Below, piece after piece: positions 38,287 to 49,375 of a stretch of 64,000 nt of DNA. Position 1 is the stretch's first letter; each line of letters starts with the position of its first letter. Origin of the DNA: Thermoanaerobaculia bacterium (GTDB taxonomy: Bacteria; Acidobacteriota; Thermoanaerobaculia; Gp7-AA8); assembly GCA_041750915.1 (NCBI GenBank), contig JBGSYJ010000241.1:1067-65066 (forward strand), written 5' to 3'. The notes beneath the pieces were generated by a model. It was given only the letters and a program-made list of their open reading frames with translations. It did not search any database and was not told the origin of the DNA. Both the position numbers and the translations under genes were made by a program.

Positions 38287-39176
38287 CGACCCGGCTTCGG
38301 TAACAGTTCCGTTGAGTCAATGCGGAACGCAGTTCTAGTTGACGCCAGACAGCCCTTTCCAGCCTTCGTGTCAGACGCGAACTGCACGCATCTCCGCGAC
38401 GGAGCGGACGCGCCTTTCCAAAGCAGGTCCGGCACCTCCTGGTGAAGGTGCGAGAAGAGAACTGAGATGAAGGTTCTCATTCGTTGTGCGGCCTGATGCC
38501 TCGCGCTTTCCCAAAAGCCGCTGGCCTTGCAAAGAAGCCAGGTGGGCGCCGAAGAACTGAATCTCAGAGACTCATCTCCTCTTACCTTTCCCGTTCTGGG
38601 ATCCCATGCTCGTGCATTTGGGTAATCTGCTGCGATCACTTCCCAGCTATCGATATCTTCAGTGTTCAAAAGGCTCACACCGTCAGCCTCGATGGGTGCA
38701 GTGGGCGCAGTGATTCGATAGAGCGGGTATACGACGAGCCAATCGACTGTTCGCGCCATTAAAGTTTCAAGCAAACCTTGCCAAAGAACCAAGGCGAAAT
38801 CTTGCACGTCTTCTATCGCACGCGCATCGAACAGAGAGTTAGCCCTTCTGAGGAATACCACGTCGCCATCAAAAAAATCTCGATTGAGTGCATTCGTCGC
38901 GAGGAAGCTGTGTAGCTTCCGTTCAAGCGATTCAAGGCGCTCAGTGGAAAGGGCAGGCTCGACGCTGACTGCCATCGTCAAGAACTCCCGACGCACGCGA
39001 AAGTAACGAGGTGACAAATACCATTCGAGCCCAATCCCGAGAGAGCCCGCAGATCTGGCGCCCGTAAAAAACTGCCACCTCAACGGAATGGCTTCTGGTT
39101 CGGGAGGTCCTGAGATATATATCAGTCGAGTAAGCTCAATCAGCTTCCCAAAAATTCGTTTAGTCGCTCTGGACAT
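38202..39176 (-). CDS. Hypothetical protein (324 aa); its 3' end reads into the degenerate transposase region
   Basis: Long ORF with no recognisable motif. The C-terminal ~30 aa overlap the transposase N-terminal piece. Confidence 0.35.
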   Translation of the reverse strand: MSRATKRIFGKLIELTRLIYISGPPEPEAIPLRWQFFTGARSAGSLGIGLEWYLSPRYFRVRREFLTMAVSVEPALSTERLESLERKLHSFLATNALNRDFFDGDVVFLRRANSLFDARAIEDVQDFALVLWQGLLETLMARTVDWLVVYPLYRITAPTAPIEADGVSLLNTEDIDSWEVIAADYPNARAWDPRTGKVRGDESLRFSSSAPTWLLCKASGFWESARHQAAQRMRTFISVLFSHLHQEVPDLLWKGASAPSRRCVQFASDTKAGKGCLASTRTAFRIDSTELLPKPGRCLIKFATVLPDGRARWGGESAWPHEGN

Positions 39177-39466
39177 AATTATTCAGGAGCTCGGGCCCGA
39201 GATCGTAAGCTGCTGACAGTAGGGCACGTCCCGATGTTCTGGCGTGGATGAGTGTGGGAAGGACTCGCGGAACCTCAAACAAACCTCCTAAACCTCTAAC
39301 CAGGCCTCACGCCACCCCCCAGATCCTCCAGAAACTCCGACCCCGGCTTCACCGCGCTTACAACCAGATGATCCCGCGCCCTCGTACAGGCCACATACAG
39401 CAGGTGCCGCTCCGTCTCATACACCTCATTAAGATCTGACTCGTCGGTGACGGACTCAATGCGTTC

Positions 39467-41405
39467 CTAGAGCGGGAGGGTCTCGTCGTCGCAGGCCATC
39501 ACGGCGACGGCTCGGAACTCCAGGCCTTTCGCCAGGTGCATTGTGGCGATGGAGAGGCGGTCGTGTCTCGTCTCCACGTTCTCATCGAGTGTGACGTATG
39601 GCACGCCTGCGGTTTTCGCGGCGGCTTCAGCGCGCGGGAGCTGAGCGCTCGAGCGGACGAAGATCGCGATCTCGTGCGGGCGCAGTTCCTCGTCGAGGCG
39701 CGATTTGACCCACGCGGCGATCGCTTTCTGCTCGGCCGCTTCATTCTTTTCCAACACGATCGTCGGCGGGACGCTGTTGAAAACGGAGATCCCGGTCCGC
39801 TCTTCCGTCAGGCCGTCAACGTCCGCGACTTTCGCGGCCAGCAGGCGGTCGGCGTGCTGGCGGATCTGGTGCGAGGTTCGGTAGTTGATGCGAAGCCGTG
39901 ATGAACGGCCTCGGACGTCGATGCCGAGGGATCTCCAGGAGAAAGGCTGCTGAAAGATGCGCTGCCCGAGGTCGCCGGCGAAGAAGAGAGCGTTCGGGCG
40001 CTTGCCGCCGAGAGCGGCGAAGAAGCGCAGCTCGGCGATGCTGACGTCCTGCGCTTCGTCGATCACGGCGCAGTCGAATACCGCCCGCGAGAGTGTCGCG
40101 AGTTTGGTCGCGAGACGCGTGAACATCTGCGATTCCGTAATGAGGTTCTGCGCTTCGAGTTCCGTTTTCACTCCCTCGAAGATCGACCAGAGAGTCCGTC
40201 GCTGATTCTCTGGCAGGCGCGTCTTTCGCCCGAGGCGCTTCACGTCGCGGTACAACTCCCAGGTGTCGAGCTGCCAGGCGTCGACGACGTTCGCCCATTC
40301 GGTCCAGAGAAAGAACGGCGTGAACTTCTGATTCTCGACAGCGGCCGCTGCTTCGCGCAGCGCATCCTGAATCTCACCATCCGCCGCGAGACGCACCTTG
40401 CCGAAAGGAACCTCGTACAGCCGCTTGCCGATCGAGGTCATCGAATGCACTTCCAGACGCTCCGCGATTCGGCGGCCCGTTTCCGATCAGCTGCCTCACA
40501 CGAGCTCTCAACGCGTTCGCCAGCGCCTCGGAGAATGTGGCAAACAGAACGCGCGCATCGCGATTTGTCCGGACGAGCTGCACAGCGCGATGCAGCGCGA
40601 CGATCGTCTTCCCTGTCCCGGCGGATCCGTACGTACGCGCCGGCCCGACAAAGTTCTTCTCGACGAGGTGACGTTGCGCGGGATGGAGGACGACGGCCCA
40701 CTTCTCCCACAGATACTCCAGCGCGCGGTCGAGCTCTTCGATGTTCTCGATGACGCGGAAGCGCCGCTGCGCGTCGGGATGCTCGAACGGATCGGCCGTC
40801 GCCGGCATCTGTGGCGTCTCCCCCACCGCCAGATCCAGAAGCGCCTCGGCCGCCTCATTCGGCAGATGCTCCGCGAGATCGAACAGAGTCGCCTCGGTCG
40901 CCTCGCGCACCTGGCTCACCCACTCGCGGGGCACGCCGTACTCCATGAGAATCTCTTCAGGAATGTCGAGGAACAACTGTTTCGGCGGTTCGACGGACGG
41001 CGGCGCCTCGACATACTTCGGAATGACGATCTCGCGAACCTTCTCCAGAATTTCGACGAGCTGCACGGCGCCGGTGGTCGGATGCCGCTCGATCTTCCGC
41101 CTCTCCGCCCAATCGTGATGACCGGCGTAACAGAGCAGGAGTCCCGCTCCCGAGCGATGAACGATGAGCCGTACGTCCTTGTTCACCCTCACCGACCAGA
41201 AGTTGGGATCCTTCGCACGATCGAGCTTGTGAAACTGCATCCCCGGATTCGCCGGGTCCATCTGCAGATCGAACGCAGTCGTCTTCACCGCCTTCTGTTC
41301 ATCTCCGGAGAGCTTTGTCAGGCTGTCCGTGAACGTGTCTGCAATTCGAAAGTCCATCAGGATCGACTGCGGAAAGCTCGGCTGGTGCGCTGTTCTCTCG
41401 ATCAC
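39467..41405 (-). pseudogene. UvrD/REP-family SF1 helicase disrupted by a frameshift near 40400 (two overlapping ORFs, 40374..41405 and 39467..40450)
   Basis: Motif I GSAGTGKT in the upstream ORF. Motif II VIDEAQDVS, motif III/IV region and TMHLAKGLEFRAV (motif VI) in the downstream ORF. The ORFs overlap by 77 nt in different frames. Confidence 0.65.
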
Positions 41406-41777
41406 TATTAGTTAGCTGTGATTACATTCGGCGGATGATCGAGGGAACCTATTTCTTTCATCCTGGCGCGCGTAGCCTTCCAGTGTCTCGAAGGGCTGTT
41501 TTGAGATAATTGTCGGCTCGACTTACTTCCCGTTCGCTGCTCGAGGCGAGTTCTCGATCGGCTGGTTGGGTCGATGCGAGACCTAATCCCGATTGTTCTC
41601 TCGTTCGCGCGCGACAGTCATCGTTTCACTGCCGAAGTCAGACTCCGGGTACGCCGCGTAGGCATACGTCCTCTTCCATTCATCCCAACTTTCTACGTCG
41701 GCCGAGGCTAGATCCACGACTTCCCAAAAACGGCTCGGTTCGGCGTTCTGATCATCTGCCATTTGCTTGTTCTCCCA

Positions 41778-43406
41778 TTAAATTATTTTTTCAGACGAGG
41801 CATCAACAGTTGGAAAAGGAAGGTCAGCCTGCTTCGCGTCGAAGTGTTTCTTGAACTTGTGAAGAGTACTCTTTTCGAGATCTAGGTACGAAACCGGCAA
41901 CATCGCGACACTTGGAGTCGACGATTCTGTCGTCCATCTGATTGTGTTCCCGTCGTGATCTTTCCTTTCCCTGCGGATTCCAGCGGCTGTCGTCATCGAA
42001 AACACGTCCGCGTACCGACGAGGCCCGATGCCAATGAAAGGTCGCAACTCCACACGGTGTAGATCGGTGCAAGCAGCGATCCCGCACTCCACGCCAGCTT
42101 CAGGGAACCCGATTGCGTCGGCGTGAAGCTCCAGCGCCTGACTCTTCGGGTATGGCTCGATAAACAGCACCTCTTTGATACCTGCCGTGATTATCAAACG
42201 AGCACATTCATGACACGGGAACGTCGTCGTGAACAACCTCGCTCCCCGGATTGACCAGCCGACTCTTCCCGCGGCTATGATCGCTTCCATCTCAGCATGC
42301 GTCGTGCGCCCAAATTCCAGCAAATGCATGATTCGTGTTTTTCGCAGGGCTAACCGGGCCTGATCAAGCGTAGGAGGTGGGTTGTCGCCAAACCAGTTCG
42401 CTGCGCCCGCACTAGTCAGAATCTCTTCGAGAATTCGATCTGCGTGCTCATTCGTAGAATCTCGCTCTCGGCAAATGTCCCTTTCGTCGTAGTGATCGTT
42501 TGCACGGTAAAGACCGCCGCCGCCCTTCGGGACGTCGTTCCACCCGACACCGAGAATCTCACCGGTAGGCGCGACCAGAATCGCACCCACTTGGCGACCG
42601 AGCGCTCCAGAGGCGAGCGAACATGCGAAGGCATGAAACATGTACTGCTCGTCGGGAAGCGGTGTCTTGGAAAGATCTCCCAAGATCAACCGAACAAATC
42701 GGTCGACATCATCGAAAAGTTGTCCGTCTTTCTCTTCGTTTGCGAAGGAGACGAAGAAATCAGCGAGTTGAAACACATCCCTGAGCTTTTGTCCAAAGTC
42801 CCCAGCTTCTTCATCATCTCGCTTCGCCAGCCTCTGCGCTTCGTGAAGATGCTCAGCAAAATGCTCCGATCTTGTCGTCTCGCCGTGTTCTTTGCTGAAT
42901 CGATTCGCCAGCTTTTGGATCCGATCCTTCTCGCTGGCGAAGAGACTGATTAGAAAGAAACCATCGCCATAGACATTGCGAAGCAGGTTCACTTCTTCTG
43001 GTCGCTTCAACGACCGCAGAACGTAAGCCCGGCGATGAGGCTGCCCGCCGACCGCTTCACGGCGAACACCGATTTCACCGATGGCTGCCGCAGCCATTGC
43101 CGCGGCGTCTTTGCAGTGACGGCGGATCGCGTTCCCACCGTTCATGAATGTTTCGATCCGAAGCTCTTCCGTCGATGAGTCGAGAACGACGGGGTCACCC
43201 GACTCGCCGCATATCTCGTGGCGTTTCACGATCTCGGATATCAACTCGCTGATCGTGATTTCCTCAACCTCGTACTGGTAGTTCTTAAGCACATCGGCGA
43301 GCGTTCTGCTCAGGAGCATCAAATCCGACCCGAGGGCGCCAGCAAGGCCGAAGACGAGCTCTGTGTTTCGATATCCTCGCGCCGCAGAATCTGGTTCAGA
43401 TGACAT
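41778..43406 (-). CDS. Two-domain protein: N-terminal nucleotide-kinase-like region plus C-terminal CMP/dCMP deaminase zinc-binding domain (anti-phage dCTP-deaminase-like)
   Basis: Deaminase signature TTHAEMEAI ... FPCHECARLIITAGIKEV (HxE...PCxxC). 542 aa, with a ~250-aa N-terminal domain starting LVFGLAGALGSD. Confidence 0.55.
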   Translation of the reverse strand: MSSEPDSAARGYRNTELVFGLAGALGSDLMLLSRTLADVLKNYQYEVEEITISELISEIVKRHEICGESGDPVVLDSSTEELRIETFMNGGNAIRRHCKDAAAMAAAAIGEIGVRREAVGGQPHRRAYVLRSLKRPEEVNLLRNVYGDGFFLISLFASEKDRIQKLANRFSKEHGETTRSEHFAEHLHEAQRLAKRDDEEAGDFGQKLRDVFQLADFFVSFANEEKDGQLFDDVDRFVRLILGDLSKTPLPDEQYMFHAFACSLASGALGRQVGAILVAPTGEILGVGWNDVPKGGGGLYRANDHYDERDICRERDSTNEHADRILEEILTSAGAANWFGDNPPPTLDQARLALRKTRIMHLLEFGRTTHAEMEAIIAAGRVGWSIRGARLFTTTFPCHECARLIITAGIKEVLFIEPYPKSQALELHADAIGFPEAGVECGIAACTDLHRVELRPFIGIGPRRYADVFSMTTAAGIRRERKDHDGNTIRWTTESSTPSVAMLPVSYLDLEKSTLHKFKKHFDAKQADLPFPTVDASSEKII

Positions 43407-43872
43407 GCTGGGAGCCCATCAAATGGTAGTCTAGCCGATTCCTAGTTCCCGATGCGTCCAATTTGAATTTAGCGAGACTCCGCCCCGAACGAGCATGCAA
43501 ACCTACACTCAATGGTAGGAGAGAGCGTTCAAGCTGATTCCCCGGGCGCTTCGCGGTCTCGCCGCAGCTGGACCGGAAGGAGTAGTGGTTGAACAGCCGG
43601 TTGAACTCGGTGAGGTAGATGTCTGCAACGCGCTGGTCACCACGGATGATAAGCATATTCTCGTCATTGCTATTCATCGAAGCTTTGCTGAAATTCGCCG
43701 AACCGGTGACAACGATCGGATCTTTGCTGAGAGGATCGCGGAGCCTTCGAATGGATATACGACACGTGCGTGCTGAACCGCATTCGTTTTCACGCACCCA
43801 CTGATAAACCGCGTCGTCAATGAATGCGCCGAAGGCCTGTTTCCGAGTGACAGAAGTCGCCCGGATGGACAA
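43396..43872 (-). pseudogene. Phospholipase D-like (HKD nuclease fold) fragment
   Basis: VVTGSANFSKASMNSNDENMLIIRGD matches the second half of the PLD HKD motif (GSxN...NDEN). The upstream His/Lys part is degenerate. Only 158 aa. Overlaps the start of the deaminase gene. Confidence 0.4.
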
Positions 43873-44306
43873 CCCTCTTCAGGGAACAACGTCCTGGAAC
43901 ATTCACACCTAACTAGGGTTGCACCGCACACGAACCGCTTGTTGCTATGTCGACAGTTTCATAGTATTCGGCGTGCGGTTCGCTCCGTCGGGACCGCGAT
44001 GAGCCAGGAAGTGCTTGCTGAAAAGGCTGGTCTGCACGAGAACTACATCCCGTCTGGAGGCCGGTCGACAAGAGCCTGGCCTGTTCGTGATCCTCCGCCT
44101 TGCGCGCGCTCTTGAAGTGGCGCCGGCCACCCTGCTCGAAAAGCTCTCCTGAAGGCGCGGCTAGGTTTGTCTGGAACAAGGGGCGCCCGGATCCGAGGTT
44201 ATCGGGTAAGGAAATGGGGCTGAGCGTCACTCCCCCACCTATGGGCCACTCGGGCTGTGGCACCGAGGAGTGATCGTCCCAAGGGGGGAAAGGAGCCGAA
44301 CTCTTT

Positions 44307-45422
44307 ATGGACAACGTGAAGGGACACGATGCATCCCGGGCATACGCCTCTCGCTTGCACAGGGAGCTTGCTGACCTGCACCGAGGCACTGTTGGCCGCG
44401 AAGAACCCGCGAGCGTGACGTCCTGGAATGATGCCTTGGATGCTGATGCGGAAATCCTTCGAGCGTTACCCGAGGAGCAATTGCGCCGTCGCGCCTGGGC
44501 AGTGCGAGAAGCTTTTCGTCGGTGCAGCACAGCAGCAACATGGGCGGCCTATGAGGCATCGCTGCCCCCGGATGCGGCACAAGCGCCCGTCGAGGCCTTG
44601 CGCGCGGACCTCGTCGAGTTGCAGCGCGAGATGAACCGGACCCGCCTCTTGACGAGCGAATTTGAGCGAACCCGCAGCGAGCTCTCAGCATGGCTGGCAT
44701 GGGTCGGGTTAGCAGCACTGGCGGCACTGATTGTCATGCTGACCTTGGATGTGATCGTGCGAGTCGTGGAGCGCCAGCCGCGCGAGGCGCTAATGGTCGG
44801 GCTGATCGTCCTCTTGCTACTCGGCGCATGGCTCATTCGTCGGTATCGCACCAAGAAAGGGGGCGTCGCCGGAGCGCTCCTCCTGTGTTTATTAGCGTCA
44901 TTCTCGGATGCTCAACAACCACCGGCCCCCACTCCCAGTTCCCCCACCACGCAGGAAGTAAAGACGGAGGAGGCTGGGCCGACCGGCAGAGACCGAGCGA
45001 GGTTTGGGGCGACAACGCTCACGATGGTCATGCTCGCAGGACTGCTTGGCGCACTTTTCAGCACGCTGCGGCGTGTCCAGACTGCCGCAATCAAAATCGA
45101 TCCGGTCACGGAGTTGATGCTCTTTGATTCTGCTCGAACCGGCGCGCTCCTCTCAGCGATCGCCGGGGTTGTCGCAGCACTCTTTCTCTATACGATTTTT
45201 GTGGGAGGTCTCCTCCAGGGAGCGCTCTTCCCCAATTTCGGACCGGCATGGGACAAAGAGACTCCCATGACGTTTCTGGAGTTCATCAAAGCTGTCGGTC
45301 CCAAAGGCCCAATCGACCATGGAAAGCTGCTCGTGTGGTCCTTCATCGCCGGGTTTGCCGAGCGGTTCGTTCCCGACTTGATTCAGCGACTCACGAATCG
45401 AGCCGACGAGGCCAAGCATTGA
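44307..45422 (+). CDS. Multi-pass membrane protein, hypothetical
   Basis: Several hydrophobic segments (LAWVGLAALAALIVMLTL, MVGLIVLLLLGAWLI, LSAIAGVVAALFLYTIFVGGLL). Confidence 0.45.
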   Translation: MDNVKGHDASRAYASRLHRELADLHRGTVGREEPASVTSWNDALDADAEILRALPEEQLRRRAWAVREAFRRCSTAATWAAYEASLPPDAAQAPVEALRADLVELQREMNRTRLLTSEFERTRSELSAWLAWVGLAALAALIVMLTLDVIVRVVERQPREALMVGLIVLLLLGAWLIRRYRTKKGGVAGALLLCLLASFSDAQQPPAPTPSSPTTQEVKTEEAGPTGRDRARFGATTLTMVMLAGLLGALFSTLRRVQTAAIKIDPVTELMLFDSARTGALLSAIAGVVAALFLYTIFVGGLLQGALFPNFGPAWDKETPMTFLEFIKAVGPKGPIDHGKLLVWSFIAGFAERFVPDLIQRLTNRADEAKH

Positions 45423-45955
45423 TGCAGATGAATCCGCCGCCACCACCGAAGAATGACCGGAGTGGTTTCGGTCAGCTCGTCGGTCAGGTAGTTACCGACG
45501 ATGGCTTGGTCTCTTTAGATCTGGCTGGATTCTTCGTTTTGTTTGTAGGCCTCGCCTTGATGGGTTTCTCTGGATACCTCTTCTTTGAAGCCCTTCAGCT
45601 TCAAAGGGCTAGCCATACGAGCGAACAATCGGGATACCGAGGCAACCCGTGGGCTCCGCCGCTCCTGTCGGGAGCTCTCCTCGTTGGTTGGAGTGCATTC
45701 GTCCTTTGGCTATCGCCTTTTTACGATGTTCTGACCGCAGTGATCGCCGCACCGCGACCCTTCACTCCGGGTATCTACGTTGCGGCCTCAGTCCTGGCGC
45801 TCGCAGCGATGTTTCACATGGCGGTTGCCACTGCCTTGTTGCGGCGGCCGGGACCTCCCTCGCCCAGTGTCGGACTAATAGGCCTTTCTCTGGCCACGAT
45901 TAATCTGACTGCGAGCATTGCCACATTGATAACGTTCTACTGGTCAGCTCGATAG
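45423..45955 (+). CDS. Small membrane protein, hypothetical
   Basis: The ATG directly follows the previous stop. 4 predicted TM helices. Confidence 0.4.
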
Positions 45956-45991
45956 GTTCTGTTGCGCACTTGTCACGCCGCCGGAGGGAAT

Positions 45992-46582
45992 TCAACGGCT
46001 AGTCCCTGGCTTGCCGACGTAGATGTGCTGCACGGCACCGAAGACGGGAGTTCCCTCGGCTGCCGCCTCTCGGAGATACGTTCCTTGCTCGTCGGTTTCG
46101 AAGTAGTAGGAGACAATCATCTCTCCGGGCGTGACGGTGATTGTTGGTGCTGAACCGATGACCCATTTACCTTCGTGAAGGCCGATCATCTGGTAGGGAA
46201 CGGCGCGCACGGAGGGCGGCCCGCGTCGGGTGACGTGCAGAGCGGGGTTAATTGCGAGTGCCCAATCCCCGTGATTTGTGATCTTCACGTCAATGATCAC
46301 TCCCGTCGTGCGCGTCATGCCGGGAACGACCCGCGCATCAATATGCGCGTCGGCGCGCGTGGTGCCGGTGAGTCGCTCATCGAGTGCTCGGGCTTCGAGC
46401 ACCGTCTTCGTGAGGTTCGCGCGCACCACAGGCATTTCGAGGAGGACAAAGCGGAATACGAGCCATGCGCCGGTCGCCAGGGTAGCGATAGCGCCGATAC
46501 CGGTGGTGAGGACAGTGAGGATCAGCAGTGCACCCTGGAGAATCCTCTTGACTGCTGGGCGCAACACTCTTGAAGGATACAA
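45992..46582 (-). CDS. Membrane-anchored hypothetical protein
   Basis: N-terminal TM segment LLILTVLTTGIGAIATLATGAWLVF. Confidence 0.35.
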   Translation of the reverse strand: MYPSRVLRPAVKRILQGALLILTVLTTGIGAIATLATGAWLVFRFVLLEMPVVRANLTKTVLEARALDERLTGTTRADAHIDARVVPGMTRTTGVIIDVKITNHGDWALAINPALHVTRRGPPSVRAVPYQMIGLHEGKWVIGSAPTITVTPGEMIVSYYFETDEQGTYLREAAAEGTPVFGAVQHIYVGKPGTSR

Positions 46583-46969
46583 CAGAGGCTAGAAAAGGAG
46601 GCGCACCCGGACATACGTGGATGACGCTATGGGACAACATCTTAAGCACAACAGGCCATAACCCGTACCGAAAGATACTGGGGACGCCGCTGCCGTTCGC
46701 GGCCGAACGGGCAGGCGAATACGCCCGCGGATCTTCACGCGTTGGCCCGTCAGATCCTCGCGCTGACGAAGCTAAACTGGTCATCATCATCCGATGCCCT
46801 CACCGGTGAGCCCATTACGACGAAGTACGCGGGCGATATCGCGGATCTAACGGCCTTGTTCCTTCGGCAGAAGAGCACATCCACGCTCCATCCCGTGCTC
46901 GAAATTGACGCCCTGGTTCTTGTAGGTCGTTCCCACGATCTACACCACGTGAGCCGTCCATAGTCTAGG

Positions 46970-47948
46970 TCAAGTCTTTCGGGCTGGACGTTTGCGAATT
47001 AGCCGTCGTGCGAAATAGCCCGAACTTTCCAGAAGCTTCACTTCTCCTGAGACGAGGATCGCGCGCATGAGCTCGGCCACTGCTTTGGGCTTGGCCACAC
47101 CACCGACGCCTTCCCGGACGACCCACGGCGATTTGAGAGCGTCATGGACAAACGAAAGTTCCCGAGCGGTCGCGTAAGTAGCGTCTGCCTGCGTCACCGT
47201 CATCTCCCGATCACTGCGGCACAGGACGCTGGTGGCGCGCGGCGGGAGAATCGCGAACCCATCCAGTGCTCCGGCGCCGAGCCAGTAGAGCTCACTCTTT
47301 CCGCTGTACGGCGCCACGACGAAGATCGTCTGGGGATAACGTCGAGGGAGCGCACGCTTTGCGTCTGCGAGGGCAGCATAGAAGAGGTCCCACCGATGGT
47401 CACCGCGATCACTTGCAATGGATTGCTCGTTCCACTTCGCCGCGACGAGCGTGCTCGGCGCGAGGACTGGCTGCAAACATCCTGAACGTCTGCGTCGTCT
47501 CTCGCACATACCAGTTGTAGACGCGCTCGAGTGCGGAGCTGAAATTCGCAATGCCCTCCTTCACGTCGGTGAAGAGGAGGTCGGAGGCGACGAGCATGAC
47601 CGGCACGACGGCCTTTCCGAGCGTGAAGAGGTTGAGTGCGCGCCAGTCGTCTTTGCCAAGGCCGATGTGCACCAGGTCCCACTCCGTGCAGTGTTCCTCG
47701 CGAACGGCGCGCTGCAAATCGAGGCCGCGCAACTCGCCATCAACGGTAGCGCGCCAGTCGTAGAGGTGATCGCCGAGCGTGACGGCCCTTGCTCCAGCGC
47801 CCCATTGCTTTGCCGCAGCCACCCTGATGTCCAGTTTTTTGGAATCCTTGCTTCTCGAACAGAATACTTTCCTTTCAATTTGCTGAGGAGGTTCTTGGAG
47901 GATTCCTGGGGGCGGTTCGCGACAGGAGCCGCCGCCGCCCCCCAACAA
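46970..47948 (-). pseudogene. Hypothetical gene apparently split by a frameshift (47409..47948 and 46970..47551 overlap in different frames)
   Basis: Two substantial ORFs overlap by ~140 nt. No confident domain assignment. Confidence 0.25.
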
Positions 47949-47953
47949 GTTCT

Positions 47954-49375
47954 TTAGTTTGGTTGGTCGATGGTGTCAATCGGTGCTCCGGAGATGGCGA
48001 TGATGTCCTTGATCTCGAGGTCCTTCCCATTGCCTCCGATCCAGGGCGTCCAGTCTGGTTGGACGTTGAGCCACGAGAGTGGGTCCGCTTTGAGGAGCCC
48101 CCAGAATACTTCTGCGACGATGTTCCCGCCGGTGGGCCCGACGTGCTCGCCCCCATTGTCCTCTGCTGACTCGTTGAGGATGTAGAACCACAGTGGGTCG
48201 TGTCGGTCGCTGTTGATGGGAGTGATCCCGAGTGCACGCGCAACGGATTGCCCGGAGGGGAGACCGAGTCGCCAGCCTCGGACCAGGTTGAGTATTGCGA
48301 GGGGGTTTTCTCCGCCTGGTCCTGCTGGGATGGCGCGGAGTGCCCGGGCGAGCTTGATGTCGATGCGCCGGCTGGGCTGCAGTTCGCCTGCGCCGAAGTC
48401 GAAGTATCGGTTCCACTCGATCGTCCACATCGTGGGGAGGGGGCGAAACCCGCGAAGATCATCAAGCGGCCCGGGATTGGCGCTTCGTGGTAGGAAGATC
48501 GGCAGTGGCTGACCCCCGCGAGCCTCTTTGAGTGGTGTGTTGAGGTGGTACGCACCACGGATCATGCTATGGCCGAGCCGGTACGCGGCACCGGAGAACT
48601 CGACCGGGATGAAGGCATTCTTGTGGGGCTTGTAGAAGCGCAACTGTGGCGAACCGAGATCATCCTTTTTTGGGGCGATGCGCTCCCAGAGCTTGCGCCC
48701 CACGATGCGCGGGAGAAAATCATGGACGACCGCCCATTGGTAGTGCCATCGAACCTCGCGCTGGACCCGCTCGAAATGCTCGCGCTCGTTGAGATCTCCC
48801 CGCGGCACTTCCGCCATCATGCGGTTGTGGAACTTGAGGAACATGAGTTGGAACTGGCTGACGATGATGTTTTCATCATTGCGCGGATCACCGATGAGTG
48901 CGCGTCCCTGACTGTTGCGCTGCAAGTCATCCTCACCACCGTTGCTCCCTAGGAGGAACTGCCACCCCCCGCTCGACTGATCGTAGAGATAGGGCTGGTC
49001 ATCAACGCCACGACCATAGATACAATCCAAATCAAAGCGCGGTGAGCGAAAATTCACCAGCCGATTCGGATCATTCTGCCGCTGCAGACTCGACGTCGGA
49101 TCAAACGTGATGTCGTGATCAATGAACTGGCCAAAATACGTGTACCCCGACGGGATCTTCCTGTTATCAAGACCAGGATCAAAGGGCTCCGGCTCACTCA
49201 TCACATTCGACAAAGTCTCCAACTGCTGCAGCTTCGCCACCTCATCCTGCCCCGGGGGGATGTACGGTGGAAGCTTGCGAAACAAACGACCAAACGGACC
49301 CTCAAAGAAGGGAGAATGCGGAACCACACGCGTCGCGTCCTGAACAAGATCACTCCGACCATGATGCATAAACAA
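47954..49375 (-). CDS. Animal-haem-peroxidase (peroxidase-cyclooxygenase superfamily) protein
   Basis: YTYFGQFIDHDITF (distal His motif GQFxDHD). RNDENIIVSQFQLMFLKFHNRMM. AAYRLGHSMI (proximal His). Confidence 0.75.
   Translation of the reverse strand: MFMHHGRSDLVQDATRVVPHSPFFEGPFGRLFRKLPPYIPPGQDEVAKLQQLETLSNVMSEPEPFDPGLDNRKIPSGYTYFGQFIDHDITFDPTSSLQRQNDPNRLVNFRSPRFDLDCIYGRGVDDQPYLYDQSSGGWQFLLGSNGGEDDLQRNSQGRALIGDPRNDENIIVSQFQLMFLKFHNRMMAEVPRGDLNEREHFERVQREVRWHYQWAVVHDFLPRIVGRKLWERIAPKKDDLGSPQLRFYKPHKNAFIPVEFSGAAYRLGHSMIRGAYHLNTPLKEARGGQPLPIFLPRSANPGPLDDLRGFRPLPTMWTIEWNRYFDFGAGELQPSRRIDIKLARALRAIPAGPGGENPLAILNLVRGWRLGLPSGQSVARALGITPINSDRHDPLWFYILNESAEDNGGEHVGPTGGNIVAEVFWGLLKADPLSWLNVQPDWTPWIGGNGKDLEIKDIIAISGAPIDTIDQPN

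Noticed and set aside
47875-48558. 227-aa and 150-aa minus-strand ORFs in alternative frames
   Set aside because: They are nested in the peroxidase gene, which has unambiguous family motifs. The alternative frames are low-complexity Ser/Thr/Arg-rich.
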